From Candidatus Atabeyarchaeum deiterrae (GTDB lineage: Archaea > Asgardarchaeota > Atabeyarchaeia > Atabeyarchaeales > Atabeyarchaeaceae): a stretch of DNA of 64,000 nt. Shown one piece after another: positions 1 through 8,939 of the stretch. Position 1 is the first letter of the stretch. Each line of letters starts with the position of its first letter. The notes beneath the pieces are model-generated. The model was not told where the DNA came from and made no database searches. It saw only the letters and a program-made list of their open reading frames with translations. The stretch covers positions 992,001 to 1,056,000 of the forward strand of contig CP147780.1 of the NCBI GenBank assembly GCA_037310415.1, given 5' to 3'. The translations under genes and the position numbers were made by a program.

Positions 1-86
1 ATCCTGGAGTCAGTTTGATGGAGAATGATTCATAACTTCTCCTTTTTTTGTAGCAGCCTTGGATCGACTGCATAGATCGGACGCCA

Positions 87-926
87 TTGATCTTGCGGCA
101 GCAGAATCCTGTTTTGAGCGAGATAGCCCAATCTGGGGAGAAAATGAGAATTACAGAGGGAATCGAAATTGTTGAGAACTACCCGGCTGTCTTCATAGAG
201 CCCTTGGACACTCTCGTTGTGGCAGATCTACATCTTGGTTTCGAACGAGAACTGGCAGAAAGCGGTATTTTCCTTCCTCACTTCCAATATCAAGACATAA
301 AGGAATCAGTGGCATCGATCGTCAGCCGAGTATCACCAAGACAAGTCATAATCAATGGAGATTTGAAACACAAGTTTGGCGAAAGAACCACACAGGAATT
401 GAATGAAGTCATCGACTTACTCGACTATCTTACTCAAAATTCTGAGAAGGTTGTTGTGGTAAGAGGAAATCATGACAACTTCGTCAAGGGACTGTTCGCA
501 AGATACCCGAAGGTAGAGTTTGTGGAAACATTCTACTCTGAAGGCAGTTTCATTTTCACCCATGGACATGAGATCTGGGGTGGGATCGAATCGGAGAGGT
601 CCGGCGTTTTGGTGATAGCGCATGAGCACCCGGCCATAGCACTCAGAGATGATGTCGGAGTCAAAGTGAAACTGAGGGCCCTCCTCGCCGGCAAGACAGA
701 TACGAATAAGGACTTAATAGTGCTGCCAGCATTCTCACCGATCTCGCTAGGCGGCGAAGTCAACTTGGTGACTGACAACGAGCAGATACTATCGCCATTC
801 CTGAAAACCCGAGGAACTCTCATGAGGATGAGGGCATATGCAATAGATGCAAGATCTGGTATCTTCAGCTTCCCAGAACTGAGATACTGGTCTGGCACTG
901 AACCAAGAAGAAAGGTTTCGCGCTGA
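87..926 (+). CDS. Metallophosphoesterase (ICC-like, calcineurin-like superfamily; type usually associated with Lhr); likely start ATG 144
   Basis: Motifs ADLHLG, INGDLKH, RGNHD, THGH, AHEHP, VLPAFSP. Confidence 0.85.
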   Translation: MILRQQNPVLSEIAQSGEKMRITEGIEIVENYPAVFIEPLDTLVVADLHLGFERELAESGIFLPHFQYQDIKESVASIVSRVSPRQVIINGDLKHKFGERTTQELNEVIDLLDYLTQNSEKVVVVRGNHDNFVKGLFARYPKVEFVETFYSEGSFIFTHGHEIWGGIESERSGVLVIAHEHPAIALRDDVGVKVKLRALLAGKTDTNKDLIVLPAFSPISLGGEVNLVTDNEQILSPFLKTRGTLMRMRAYAIDARSGIFSFPELRYWSGTEPRRKVSR

Positions 927-1063
927 TGTTGTAAACACTTCTTCTGGGCTATTGAGATCGCGACCAACCTTTGGTGTAGTATGTTCCTTTTCTGGTACAA
1001 AACAGTAAAATCCCAGTGCAGTCCTCATTAATAACCCAGAATCATCTGTAAGGTAGATTCAGC

Positions 1064-1990
1064 TTGCGCGCAAAGGCATTTTGCCCAGGTCACATAACAG
1101 GTTTCTTCGAGATCTGCGACGAACTCAGTGATCCACTTAGACGTGGATCACGTGGCGCAGGTGTATCGATAACAAAGGGAGTACTTACAGAGGTGACAAT
1201 CGAGGAATCAAGTTCAACTAAGGTGCAGAGTTACATAAATGGTAAACTATCTCTAGCTCCAGTAACAAGAAAAGTAGTCAGCCAGATGTTTGCGTTACGG
1301 AAGGATAGAAGGGATTGGCAAGTGTCAGTCAGACACGATTCACAGGTGCCTGTCGGATGTGGTATCGGCTCAAGCGGTGCGGGAGCATGGGGTACTGCTC
1401 TTGCTCTGAATTACCTATTCCAACTGAATTTGACTCATGACAGGATTGGACAAGTAGCTCATCAAGCCGAAGTTGATGAGAAGACGGGACTTGGCACAGT
1501 TCTTGCGCAGCAAAAAGGAGGAATTGAAATACGAACGAGTCCAGGTGCTCCAGGAATCGGTCATGCGGATCAACTGCCATTCAACCCAGATCTACGAATA
1601 GTCTACAGTTCGATTGGTCCCATCTCAACAAGAGCCATGCTCTCCGATCCTGCCGTAAAAGCAAAAATCAACGAGTTTGGTGCAGAATACGTTCAACAAT
1701 TATCGAACAATGCTTCTCCCAAAGAACTTATGAGTCTATCCAGACGATTCGCAGAACAAACTCAACTACTGTCAAGAGAATTGAGAATAGGCTTGGAGTT
1801 GCTTGATGAACATGGATTCCGTGACTCCAGCATGGCCTTATTTGGAGAGACGATCTTCAGCCTCGTGTGGATAGAAGAGGTTGAGACCGTAGCTGACGTC
1901 CTCAGACAATGGAACCAAAAAGGTGAAACTCATTCAGCTGAGATCGACGTGATTGGAGCAAGGTTAGTGGAGTGCGAAAGAGATGTCTGA
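1064..1990 (+). CDS. pok: Pantoate kinase (GHMP family)
   Basis: N-terminal AFCPGHITGFF, GSRGAG, PVGCGIGSSGA, AHQAEV..TGLGTV; overlaps pps. Confidence 0.9.
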   Translation: MRAKAFCPGHITGFFEICDELSDPLRRGSRGAGVSITKGVLTEVTIEESSSTKVQSYINGKLSLAPVTRKVVSQMFALRKDRRDWQVSVRHDSQVPVGCGIGSSGAGAWGTALALNYLFQLNLTHDRIGQVAHQAEVDEKTGLGTVLAQQKGGIEIRTSPGAPGIGHADQLPFNPDLRIVYSSIGPISTRAMLSDPAVKAKINEFGAEYVQQLSNNASPKELMSLSRRFAEQTQLLSRELRIGLELLDEHGFRDSSMALFGETIFSLVWIEEVETVADVLRQWNQKGETHSAEIDVIGARLVECERDV

Positions 1991-2777
1991 GATCCCTGAA
2001 ACACATCCTAGATCAGCTTCGCTGAGAATAAGGGAGCGTCTAATAGAAGGATTCAAACAAGGTTATGTCGCAATGGCAGGTTTGATCGCTCATGGTCGGG
2101 GTGAAGCATTCGACTATTTAATTGGAGAGTTAAGCATCGACGCGGCTCTGGTTGCAGCGAAGGTGGGCGCAGCTGCGCTATTGATTGCGAAGCATCCAGT
2201 CATAAGTGTCAATGGCAACTTAGCAGCTCTGGCGGCGAGGGAAACGATCGAGCTCGCACAGCTGACTAACTCGAAGACTGAAGTCAACCTCTTTTACAGA
2301 ACGCCTGAACGCGAATTGATCATTGAAGGTGTCTTGAAGGAAGCAGGCGCTTCTGAGGTTCTGGGAGTTCAAGACTCAGCAAGCGCGACCATACCAGAAC
2401 TTGATAGCAGAAGGAGAAGAGTGGATCCCCGCGGAATTCTTGTTGCGGACGTTGTTCTCGTCCCTATGGAGGATGGAGACAGAACTGAGGCCTTGCGAAA
2501 AATGGGTAAGACTGTGATAGCGATTGATTTGAATCCAATTAGTCGGACAGCTAAGGCTGCAAGCATAACTATCGTTGACAATGTTGTGAGAGCCATGCCA
2601 AACCTCGTACTCGAGGCAAGCAAGTTGAAAAGCGAAGGAAAGAAGTCAGAACTCGAGAGGCTGGTCAAAGGATTCGACAATAGGAAGAATCTTGTAGATT
2701 GTCTTTCTCAAATCTGGAATGGAATTTCAAGATTAAAGAAGGACGGTTTTCCTTCCACATTTGATGAAGATGTTTAA
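1983..2777 (+). CDS. pps: 4-phosphopantoate--beta-alanine ligase (archaeal phosphopantothenate synthetase)
   Basis: HPRSASL, GLIAHGRGEAFDYLIGE, SVNGN, VNLFYRT, VPMEDGDR, IDLNPISRT. Confidence 0.93.
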   Translation: MSEIPETHPRSASLRIRERLIEGFKQGYVAMAGLIAHGRGEAFDYLIGELSIDAALVAAKVGAAALLIAKHPVISVNGNLAALAARETIELAQLTNSKTEVNLFYRTPERELIIEGVLKEAGASEVLGVQDSASATIPELDSRRRRVDPRGILVADVVLVPMEDGDRTEALRKMGKTVIAIDLNPISRTAKAASITIVDNVVRAMPNLVLEASKLKSEGKKSELERLVKGFDNRKNLVDCLSQIWNGISRLKKDGFPSTFDEDV

Positions 2778-2842
2778 TACTGATTCTGGCAATAGTATTG
2801 TACCTTCAGTAATTGAACGAATAAGGAATATGTTCACAATCC

Positions 2843-4183
2843 GTGATTCTGGGAGGCGTCAGACTAGCAATGGGTGAATCCAAAGAGCAACGAAAACCCA
2901 TTCTTCAAGTCGCTCTTGACTTTGAGAACCTGCACCGTGCGGTCCAAATAGCATCTGAAGCGGTCAAGGGCGGAGCTGACTGGCTTGAAGCTGGGACCCC
3001 CCTGATCAAGAGCGAAGGTTTGCAGGCCGTAAGAGAATTTAGAAAGCGATTCCCTGACAAGGTGATAGTCGCTGACATGAAGACCATGGACACTGGCAGG
3101 TTTGAGGTAGAGATAGCTGCCAAGGCTGGAGCTCAAATAGTGATTATACTCGCGACCGCCGATGACAGCACAATCAAGGAGGCAGTTGAAGCTGGTCGCA
3201 ACTACGGCGCTCAAATAATGGTCGACTTGCTTAATGTCAACGATATGGTGTCTAGGGCGGTAGAATTGGAAAAGTTGGGTGTTGACTACATTTGCGTGCA
3301 CATAGGCATCGACCAACAGATGCGAGGCATGAAAGCTGAGAATGTGATCAAGCAAGTTGCAGAGGTTGTCCATACTCCCATAGCTGCAGCCGGTGGCGTG
3401 AACTCTGAAAACGCTCCGACCTTGGTTGAGGCTGGTGCCCAGATAGTGATTGTTGGGGGCGCAGTGACAAAAGCTGAAAACGCTGAGGAAGCGGCTCGAA
3501 CGCTGAAGAAGACAATGCTGACAGGGAAGCCAATAGCCACGAAACTCTACAAGAAGTACGCTGAGGAAGAGATTGTGAAAGTGTTCAAGATGTGTTCAAC
3601 GCCAAACATATCTGACGCTATGCACAGACGCGGCGAGATGAAAGGTATCGTTCCGATTGCGCCTGGTTTCAAAATGGTTGGAAAAGCATTGACTGTGAGA
3701 ACATATCCAGGCGATTGGGCAAAGCCTGTTGAAAGCATAGATGTTGGTAGCAGGGGGGACGTCATAGTCATTGAAGCTGGTGGGCAGGGTCCAGCCGTGT
3801 GGGGAGAACTTGCATCATGGAGCTGCAAGACACAGGGTATCGAAGGAGTCGTGATAGACGGTGCCATAAGAGACGTTGAAGACATTAGAGAGCTGAAGTT
3901 ACCTGCATTTTCACGACTAATCAGTCCAACGGCAGGCGAACCGAAAGGATTCGGCGAAATAAACATTGACATAACATGCGGAGGAGTCAAGGTTAGACCC
4001 GGCGACTACATTATTGGTGACGACAACGGAGTCGTAGTAGTCCCAAAAGAATCGGCTGTAGAAATCGCCAACAGGTCAATTGACGTAAGAGAGAAGGAAA
4101 ACAGACTGCGAGAAGAGATCAAGAGAGGCAGTACTCTCTCGAAAGTCCAGAAATTGAGGCAGTGGGAAAAAGTTATCGGGTGA
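2843..4183 (+). CDS. 3-hexulose-6-phosphate synthase (HPS) fused to an RraA/HMG-aldolase-like domain; likely start ATG 2870
   Basis: HPS barrel: LQVALD, EAGTPLIKSEG, ADMKTMD, HIGIDQQ, AAGG. RraA-like C-domain: NISDAM, WGE-x20-RD, PGDYIIGDDNG. Confidence 0.88.
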   Translation: MILGGVRLAMGESKEQRKPILQVALDFENLHRAVQIASEAVKGGADWLEAGTPLIKSEGLQAVREFRKRFPDKVIVADMKTMDTGRFEVEIAAKAGAQIVIILATADDSTIKEAVEAGRNYGAQIMVDLLNVNDMVSRAVELEKLGVDYICVHIGIDQQMRGMKAENVIKQVAEVVHTPIAAAGGVNSENAPTLVEAGAQIVIVGGAVTKAENAEEAARTLKKTMLTGKPIATKLYKKYAEEEIVKVFKMCSTPNISDAMHRRGEMKGIVPIAPGFKMVGKALTVRTYPGDWAKPVESIDVGSRGDVIVIEAGGQGPAVWGELASWSCKTQGIEGVVIDGAIRDVEDIRELKLPAFSRLISPTAGEPKGFGEINIDITCGGVKVRPGDYIIGDDNGVVVVPKESAVEIANRSIDVREKENRLREEIKRGSTLSKVQKLRQWEKVIG

Positions 4184-4251
4184 AGTTGACTCTCAGAGCT
4201 ACTCACTTCGCTTTCGTTCTATTCGCCAGACAATAATGGTCTATCGGTGAA

Positions 4252-5211
4252 GTGGTTTTGCGATTAGTTGTTCTTGGAGCAGGCGCTATAGGCAGCTTGT
4301 TCGGCGGTCTGCTATCAGAGGCTGGTTTAGATGTTGTATTGATAGGAAGGTCTTCGCATGTTAAAGCCATCAAATCCCATGGACTACACATCAATGGAGT
4401 CAGCGGCCGCAGAATACTGAAACTCAGGTCTGAGGCGAAGGTTTCAGCAATAAAGGAAAAGTCGGATATCGTTTTATGCACAGTCAAGGCTTATGATACG
4501 AAACAAGCAGCCATCGATGCGAAGCCTCTGATTGGAGAAGACTCTCTGTTTTTATGCATCCAGAATGGTCTCGATGTCGAGAGAGAAGCTGCCGAAGTGT
4601 TCGGAGCAAGTAGAACAGAACGAGGAGTCACTAACAATGGCGTCCTATTCACAAAACCAGGTTACATCAATCACACAGGCTTGGGAGACACCCTCATCGG
4701 CTGTTCCAATAAACAATGGCAAAAAAGAATCGATGGGCTGGTAGAATCCCTGAACAAAGTGGGTCTACCTTCCAAGGTGACCGGCGATATTCAGAAAGTC
4801 GTCTGGTCAAAGGTTCTCATCAATGTAGGTATAAACGCAATAGGCGCATTAACACACCTCAGGAATGGAGACCTTCTAGCGAGACCGCACCTGAAGGACT
4901 TAATGAGGTCGGCTGTAAATGAGGGATTGAATGTCGCTGACAAGCTTGGGCTTAACTTTAGAGAAGAGGACATCGTCGAGAAAACCTTTAAGGTTGCTAA
5001 GGCAACATCCTTGAATAAGAATTCGATGCTTCAGGACTTGGAAAAAGGTCGAAGAACAGAAATAGATTTCATAAACGGAGCCATCGAGAAGACTGGGAAG
5101 ACCATCGGAGTGCCCACACCAGTCAATAGTACGCTCACAGCATTGTTGAAGGGACTAGAATCTAGGATCGGGAAAGAGCAGACGCAGACAGGAACAATTT
5201 CAGCCTTTTGA
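4252..5211 (+). CDS. panE: 2-dehydropantoate 2-reductase (ketopantoate reductase)
   Basis: GAGAIG, VKAYD, QNG, WSKVLIN, NSMLQD, RTEIDFINGAI. Confidence 0.92.
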   Translation: MVLRLVVLGAGAIGSLFGGLLSEAGLDVVLIGRSSHVKAIKSHGLHINGVSGRRILKLRSEAKVSAIKEKSDIVLCTVKAYDTKQAAIDAKPLIGEDSLFLCIQNGLDVEREAAEVFGASRTERGVTNNGVLFTKPGYINHTGLGDTLIGCSNKQWQKRIDGLVESLNKVGLPSKVTGDIQKVVWSKVLINVGINAIGALTHLRNGDLLARPHLKDLMRSAVNEGLNVADKLGLNFREEDIVEKTFKVAKATSLNKNSMLQDLEKGRRTEIDFINGAIEKTGKTIGVPTPVNSTLTALLKGLESRIGKEQTQTGTISAF

Positions 5212-5227
5212 AAAGGAGAGAAGGTTC

Positions 5228-6394
5228 TTGGAAGAAGCGGGTATTGCGACAGAGAGAGTCCTAAAAGAACTAGAGGAACACACCAGAGACGACTTCACAA
5301 ATGACTCAGGTAGAATACTTGGCTCCATGATATGTAAGCCTCACGAATTCGCGGTCGAAGTCTACATGAAGTACATTGAGAAGAATCTTGGAGATCCAGG
5401 ACTGTACCCAGGCGTAGGTAAGATTGAAAAAGAGGCTATTCGAATGATAGGGTCGCTACTCAGTCACCCCAAAGCTTACGGTAACATTGTGACTGGAGGT
5501 TCTGAGGCCAATTTGATGGCGATGGCAGTTGCTCGGAATATGAGAAAAGACATACGCAGACCGGAGGTCATTCTTCCAAGATCAGCCCATGTTTCCTTTG
5601 CAAAAGCGGGTTGTCTACTTGGTCTCCGCGAAAGAAAGGTCGGACTGACTAGATTCTTTGAAATGAATGTAGACGAATTACGAAAATCAATCACGAAGAA
5701 CACTGTCGCCATTGTTGCCGTGGCAGGCACGACGCTTCTGGGCGTGGTTGACCCAATTAAAGAGATCTCCGAGATAGCTGACGAAAACCAGATATATCTC
5801 CATATAGACGCTGCTTTCGGTGGATTCGTAATTCCTTTTCTTAAAGAGCTCGGCTATTCTGCGCCAGAGTTTGACTTCAAACTCAGAGGAGTCTCTTCGA
5901 TAACTGCAGATCCACATAAGATGGGCTTTTGCCCGATTCCTTCAGGAGGAATACTCTTCAGGAAACAGAACTACGTCAAATACAACAGTGTCAAGGTTCC
6001 ATATCTTGCCGGAGGGATTGCAACCCAAGGAACGATAGTAGGTACGCGGAGCGGGGCATCCGCGTGTGCTGTTTGGGCCCTTATGAAGCACCTTGGTCGA
6101 GAAGGATTTAGGGAACCTGTTAAACACTGCATGGAACTCACGCACTACCTTGCAGATGAAATCGAACGCTTGGATGGTGTTGAACTCACGGTTCCACCCA
6201 CAGTTAACATTATAGGGATCAGATCAAAGGACTACGCAATCCGATCCATCTGGAAGAAACTGAGAGACATAGGTTGGGCCGTTGGTGGACTTAGAGAGTC
6301 ACTTCGCGTCGTGATTCTCCCCCACCATCGGCGCGAGCATATTGACGCTTTCCTTACGGATCTGAAAACTGTGCTGCGCGACATGGGAAAATAG
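5228..6394 (+). CDS. mfnA: Group II PLP-dependent decarboxylase (MfnA family); by context probably aspartate 1-decarboxylase
   Basis: GSMIC, NLGDPGLYPG, TGGSEAN, HIDAAFGGF, DPHKMG, GTRSG; last gene of the CoA operon. Confidence 0.85.
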   Translation: MEEAGIATERVLKELEEHTRDDFTNDSGRILGSMICKPHEFAVEVYMKYIEKNLGDPGLYPGVGKIEKEAIRMIGSLLSHPKAYGNIVTGGSEANLMAMAVARNMRKDIRRPEVILPRSAHVSFAKAGCLLGLRERKVGLTRFFEMNVDELRKSITKNTVAIVAVAGTTLLGVVDPIKEISEIADENQIYLHIDAAFGGFVIPFLKELGYSAPEFDFKLRGVSSITADPHKMGFCPIPSGGILFRKQNYVKYNSVKVPYLAGGIATQGTIVGTRSGASACAVWALMKHLGREGFREPVKHCMELTHYLADEIERLDGVELTVPPTVNIIGIRSKDYAIRSIWKKLRDIGWAVGGLRESLRVVILPHHRREHIDAFLTDLKTVLRDMGK

Positions 6395-6450
6395 AATAGT
6401 CCTTCTTAGAATTAGGATGTCGTTCACGGAGTGCACCAGTTCTTCGGATA

Positions 6451-7155
6451 CTAAATGAATGTCTCAACACAGTCTGCCGCAAGTTTGATGTGCTCGTTGC
6501 CATGATTCATGACAGGATTCATGTGTCCTGGCAACAAGTGTTTTACATTTAGTTTCGCGAGCATCTTTATCGATCTTATCAGAGCTTCTGGATCGCCCGT
6601 TGGAAAGTCGACCCTTCCAAAGCCTCCATCGGCGAAGACCGTGTCTCCTGAGAAGAGTATGCTGTTTTTCACATCAAATAGGCAAATGCTCCCAGCAGTG
6701 TGACCTGGGGTACTCATGACCTTGAGTTTCATTCCGCCAGCTTCGATGATCTCCCCGTCCTTGAGTCTGACGTCGACTTTAGTTGGAGGAAAACTGACTC
6801 CCATCATCGTCGCTAAAAGAACTGGTCCCTTCCCGGACTCAATATATGGTGCCTCCAAATCATACACATATACCTTGGGCGAACAATCAGACACAATCTT
6901 TGGGAGTCCACCCGAGTGGTCTATGTGAACATGCGTGAGTACAGCCCTCTTAACATTCTGTCTCGTCAACCCAAGCGATTCGACAAGTCTGTAGATATTG
7001 GAAACGAAGAGTCCGGTTCCAGTATCAATCAGGGTGATTTCTTTTCCATCTTTGAGGACATAGACATTGGCATCGAATCCAACACCTTGGACTAAGTACA
7101 CTCCTTCAAGCAGCTGCAAGAATAGATACCTCCAATTAGATTGCGATCTACGCAT
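6451..7155 (-). CDS. MBL-fold metallo-hydrolase (glyoxalase II-like)
   Basis: THVHIDHSGG, TPGHTAGS, FSGDTVF, PGH. Confidence 0.85.
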   Translation of the reverse strand: MRRSQSNWRYLFLQLLEGVYLVQGVGFDANVYVLKDGKEITLIDTGTGLFVSNIYRLVESLGLTRQNVKRAVLTHVHIDHSGGLPKIVSDCSPKVYVYDLEAPYIESGKGPVLLATMMGVSFPPTKVDVRLKDGEIIEAGGMKLKVMSTPGHTAGSICLFDVKNSILFSGDTVFADGGFGRVDFPTGDPEALIRSIKMLAKLNVKHLLPGHMNPVMNHGNEHIKLAADCVETFI

Positions 7156-7282
7156 TGATTCACAGTCAAGAATTGATTTTTGAACTCAAGGTAGATAAAC
7201 AGATAAGATATATCTAAGTCATGGATTAAAGAAGTTACGCAACAGACTGCAGATATAGAGATCTAATCGGAGTGAGTTTACA

Positions 7283-7615
7283 ATGCCAAAAAGCGAACCG
7301 TTTGTCGAGGAAGTAGAGCGAAAACTAACCAAGTTGAAAAATGGTTCTGGTGTAGAAGGCGTTTTCATAATATCAAAAGAAGGGTTGCCTATAGTGAGCG
7401 TCGGCCCTCAGGGTGAGGATGCTCTTGAGGTTATTGGTCCAATCTCCTCAACACTTCTCCAAGTTCTTAATGAGAACAGGAGAAAACTGTTCTGCTACTT
7501 CTTGGGCGATGGAGTTCTGTTGGCAGCAACATCAGACGACAGAGGAAAATTGAACAAAGTCGAGAAATGGGTTAGAAAGAACTCTAGGGAGATTTATGAG
7601 CGGTTCCTGAAGTAA
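7283..7615 (+). CDS. Roadblock/LC7-like small protein
   Basis: Helix, then GVEGVFIISKEGLPIVS, helix and LLAAT strand; typical roadblock pattern but shortened. Confidence 0.55.
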   Translation: MPKSEPFVEEVERKLTKLKNGSGVEGVFIISKEGLPIVSVGPQGEDALEVIGPISSTLLQVLNENRRKLFCYFLGDGVLLAATSDDRGKLNKVEKWVRKNSREIYERFLK

Positions 7616-7689
7616 GGCATCCAGAATACACCTGAAAGTCTGTGACTGCAAAAGGAAGACGCCATCATTATCCTAAATGAGGTGGAATT

Positions 7690-8079
7690 GTGAGTGGGCC
7701 ATTCGGTGCCGAAGACATAATTGAAGCCCCGCTGGAAACAATACGGAAAGCTGCCGAAGAAGTTCTGGGCGGAGATCCAAAAGAAGAGACACTGAAGGAC
7801 GGTTCCACGACTTTCACGAAGAATGTAACGCAATGTCCTCCCCAGATCAGAGTAATACCTCTAGGAAAAACTAAGTTCCGCATTATATCTACGTCTCTAT
7901 GCAATATCAAGGATTGCGACTACTGGCGGCGCTGTGCAGAACTTGATAGCGGGAATATGCAAGAGCTTAAGGAGGCAGTCGCCAAGCTTCAAGGGAAGAC
8001 ACTACCGCACGCAGAGAAGAAATGGACAATAGCACAGGGTAAGAGCGGGCACGTCGTTGATGATGCATTGAGGAAGTAA
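7690..8079 (+). CDS. Hypothetical protein with Cys cluster
   Basis: SD-like GAGGTGG upstream of GTG; CNIKDCDYWRRC. Confidence 0.55.
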   Translation: MSGPFGAEDIIEAPLETIRKAAEEVLGGDPKEETLKDGSTTFTKNVTQCPPQIRVIPLGKTKFRIISTSLCNIKDCDYWRRCAELDSGNMQELKEAVAKLQGKTLPHAEKKWTIAQGKSGHVVDDALRK

Positions 8080-8140
8080 GCAGAAAAGTGTGGATATCAG
8101 AAGTAGGACAGGATGAGTTGACACGGCAGAGACCTGGGCC

Positions 8141-8902
8141 TTGCATGTTAGTCCTCCAGAGGGAAGTGACATGGAACGTCACATTGAGAGACTCACGTAC
8201 GTCGAAGTTAAGAAGCTAATCGAAGAAGGCAAAGACACGGTAGTTCTTCCGATCGGGACAATTGAAGCACACGGACCGCATTTGCCGCTCGCGACTGATG
8301 TCCTTATTCCTGTCAGCTTGGCAGAGAGGATAGCGGATACCTTGGATGCTCTGATTGCTCCGCCGATTAGCTATGGGATAACGCGCTCATTGCTAGCATA
8401 CTCTGGTTCTTTGACTGTATCATCGCAAGTGTTCAAGGAATACGTAAAGGGAATTCTGGAGAGTCTTGCTAGGCACGGGTTCAAAAAGGTTATCGTAGTC
8501 AATGGACATGGCGGTCACCTGAACGAGCTGAAAGAAGTTGGTATGGAGATTTGGTCCGGGTTCCGACTGAAAACAGTGATGTTTCATTGGTGGCTTGCTC
8601 TAGGCGAGTTTACGAAAGAGTTCTTCGGGGAGCAAAGTGGACATGCGGCCATTGATGAGACCGCTATGATAATGGCAATTGACGAGAACCTCGTAAAAGA
8701 GGAGCTCTACTCAGAACAGGCGGTTGCAACAAACATGCAGGGTGTAGATGTCTACCCCTTTCATGGGTCGGTTATCTTGTACAAGAAGGGTGAGGGGTTC
8801 CCAGTCTTCGACGCGTCCAAGGCAACTGAATATTATGAAGGCGTCGTGAAGAACACCATTGAACTATTGAAAGAGATCTTGGATAAATGGAACAGTATAT
8901 AG
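8141..8902 (+). CDS. Creatininase/creatinine amidohydrolase family protein; likely start ATG 8171
   Basis: PIGTIEAHGPHLPLATD, NGHGG, GHAAIDET. Confidence 0.88.
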   Translation: MHVSPPEGSDMERHIERLTYVEVKKLIEEGKDTVVLPIGTIEAHGPHLPLATDVLIPVSLAERIADTLDALIAPPISYGITRSLLAYSGSLTVSSQVFKEYVKGILESLARHGFKKVIVVNGHGGHLNELKEVGMEIWSGFRLKTVMFHWWLALGEFTKEFFGEQSGHAAIDETAMIMAIDENLVKEELYSEQAVATNMQGVDVYPFHGSVILYKKGEGFPVFDASKATEYYEGVVKNTIELLKEILDKWNSI

Positions 8903-8939
8903 TTGCAGTGGTTACGTGCCTCTTTCTTTCTGGTGAACC

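Noticed and set aside
1-87. Possible minus-strand gene start running off the left edge
   Set aside because: Too short, with no recognisable motif
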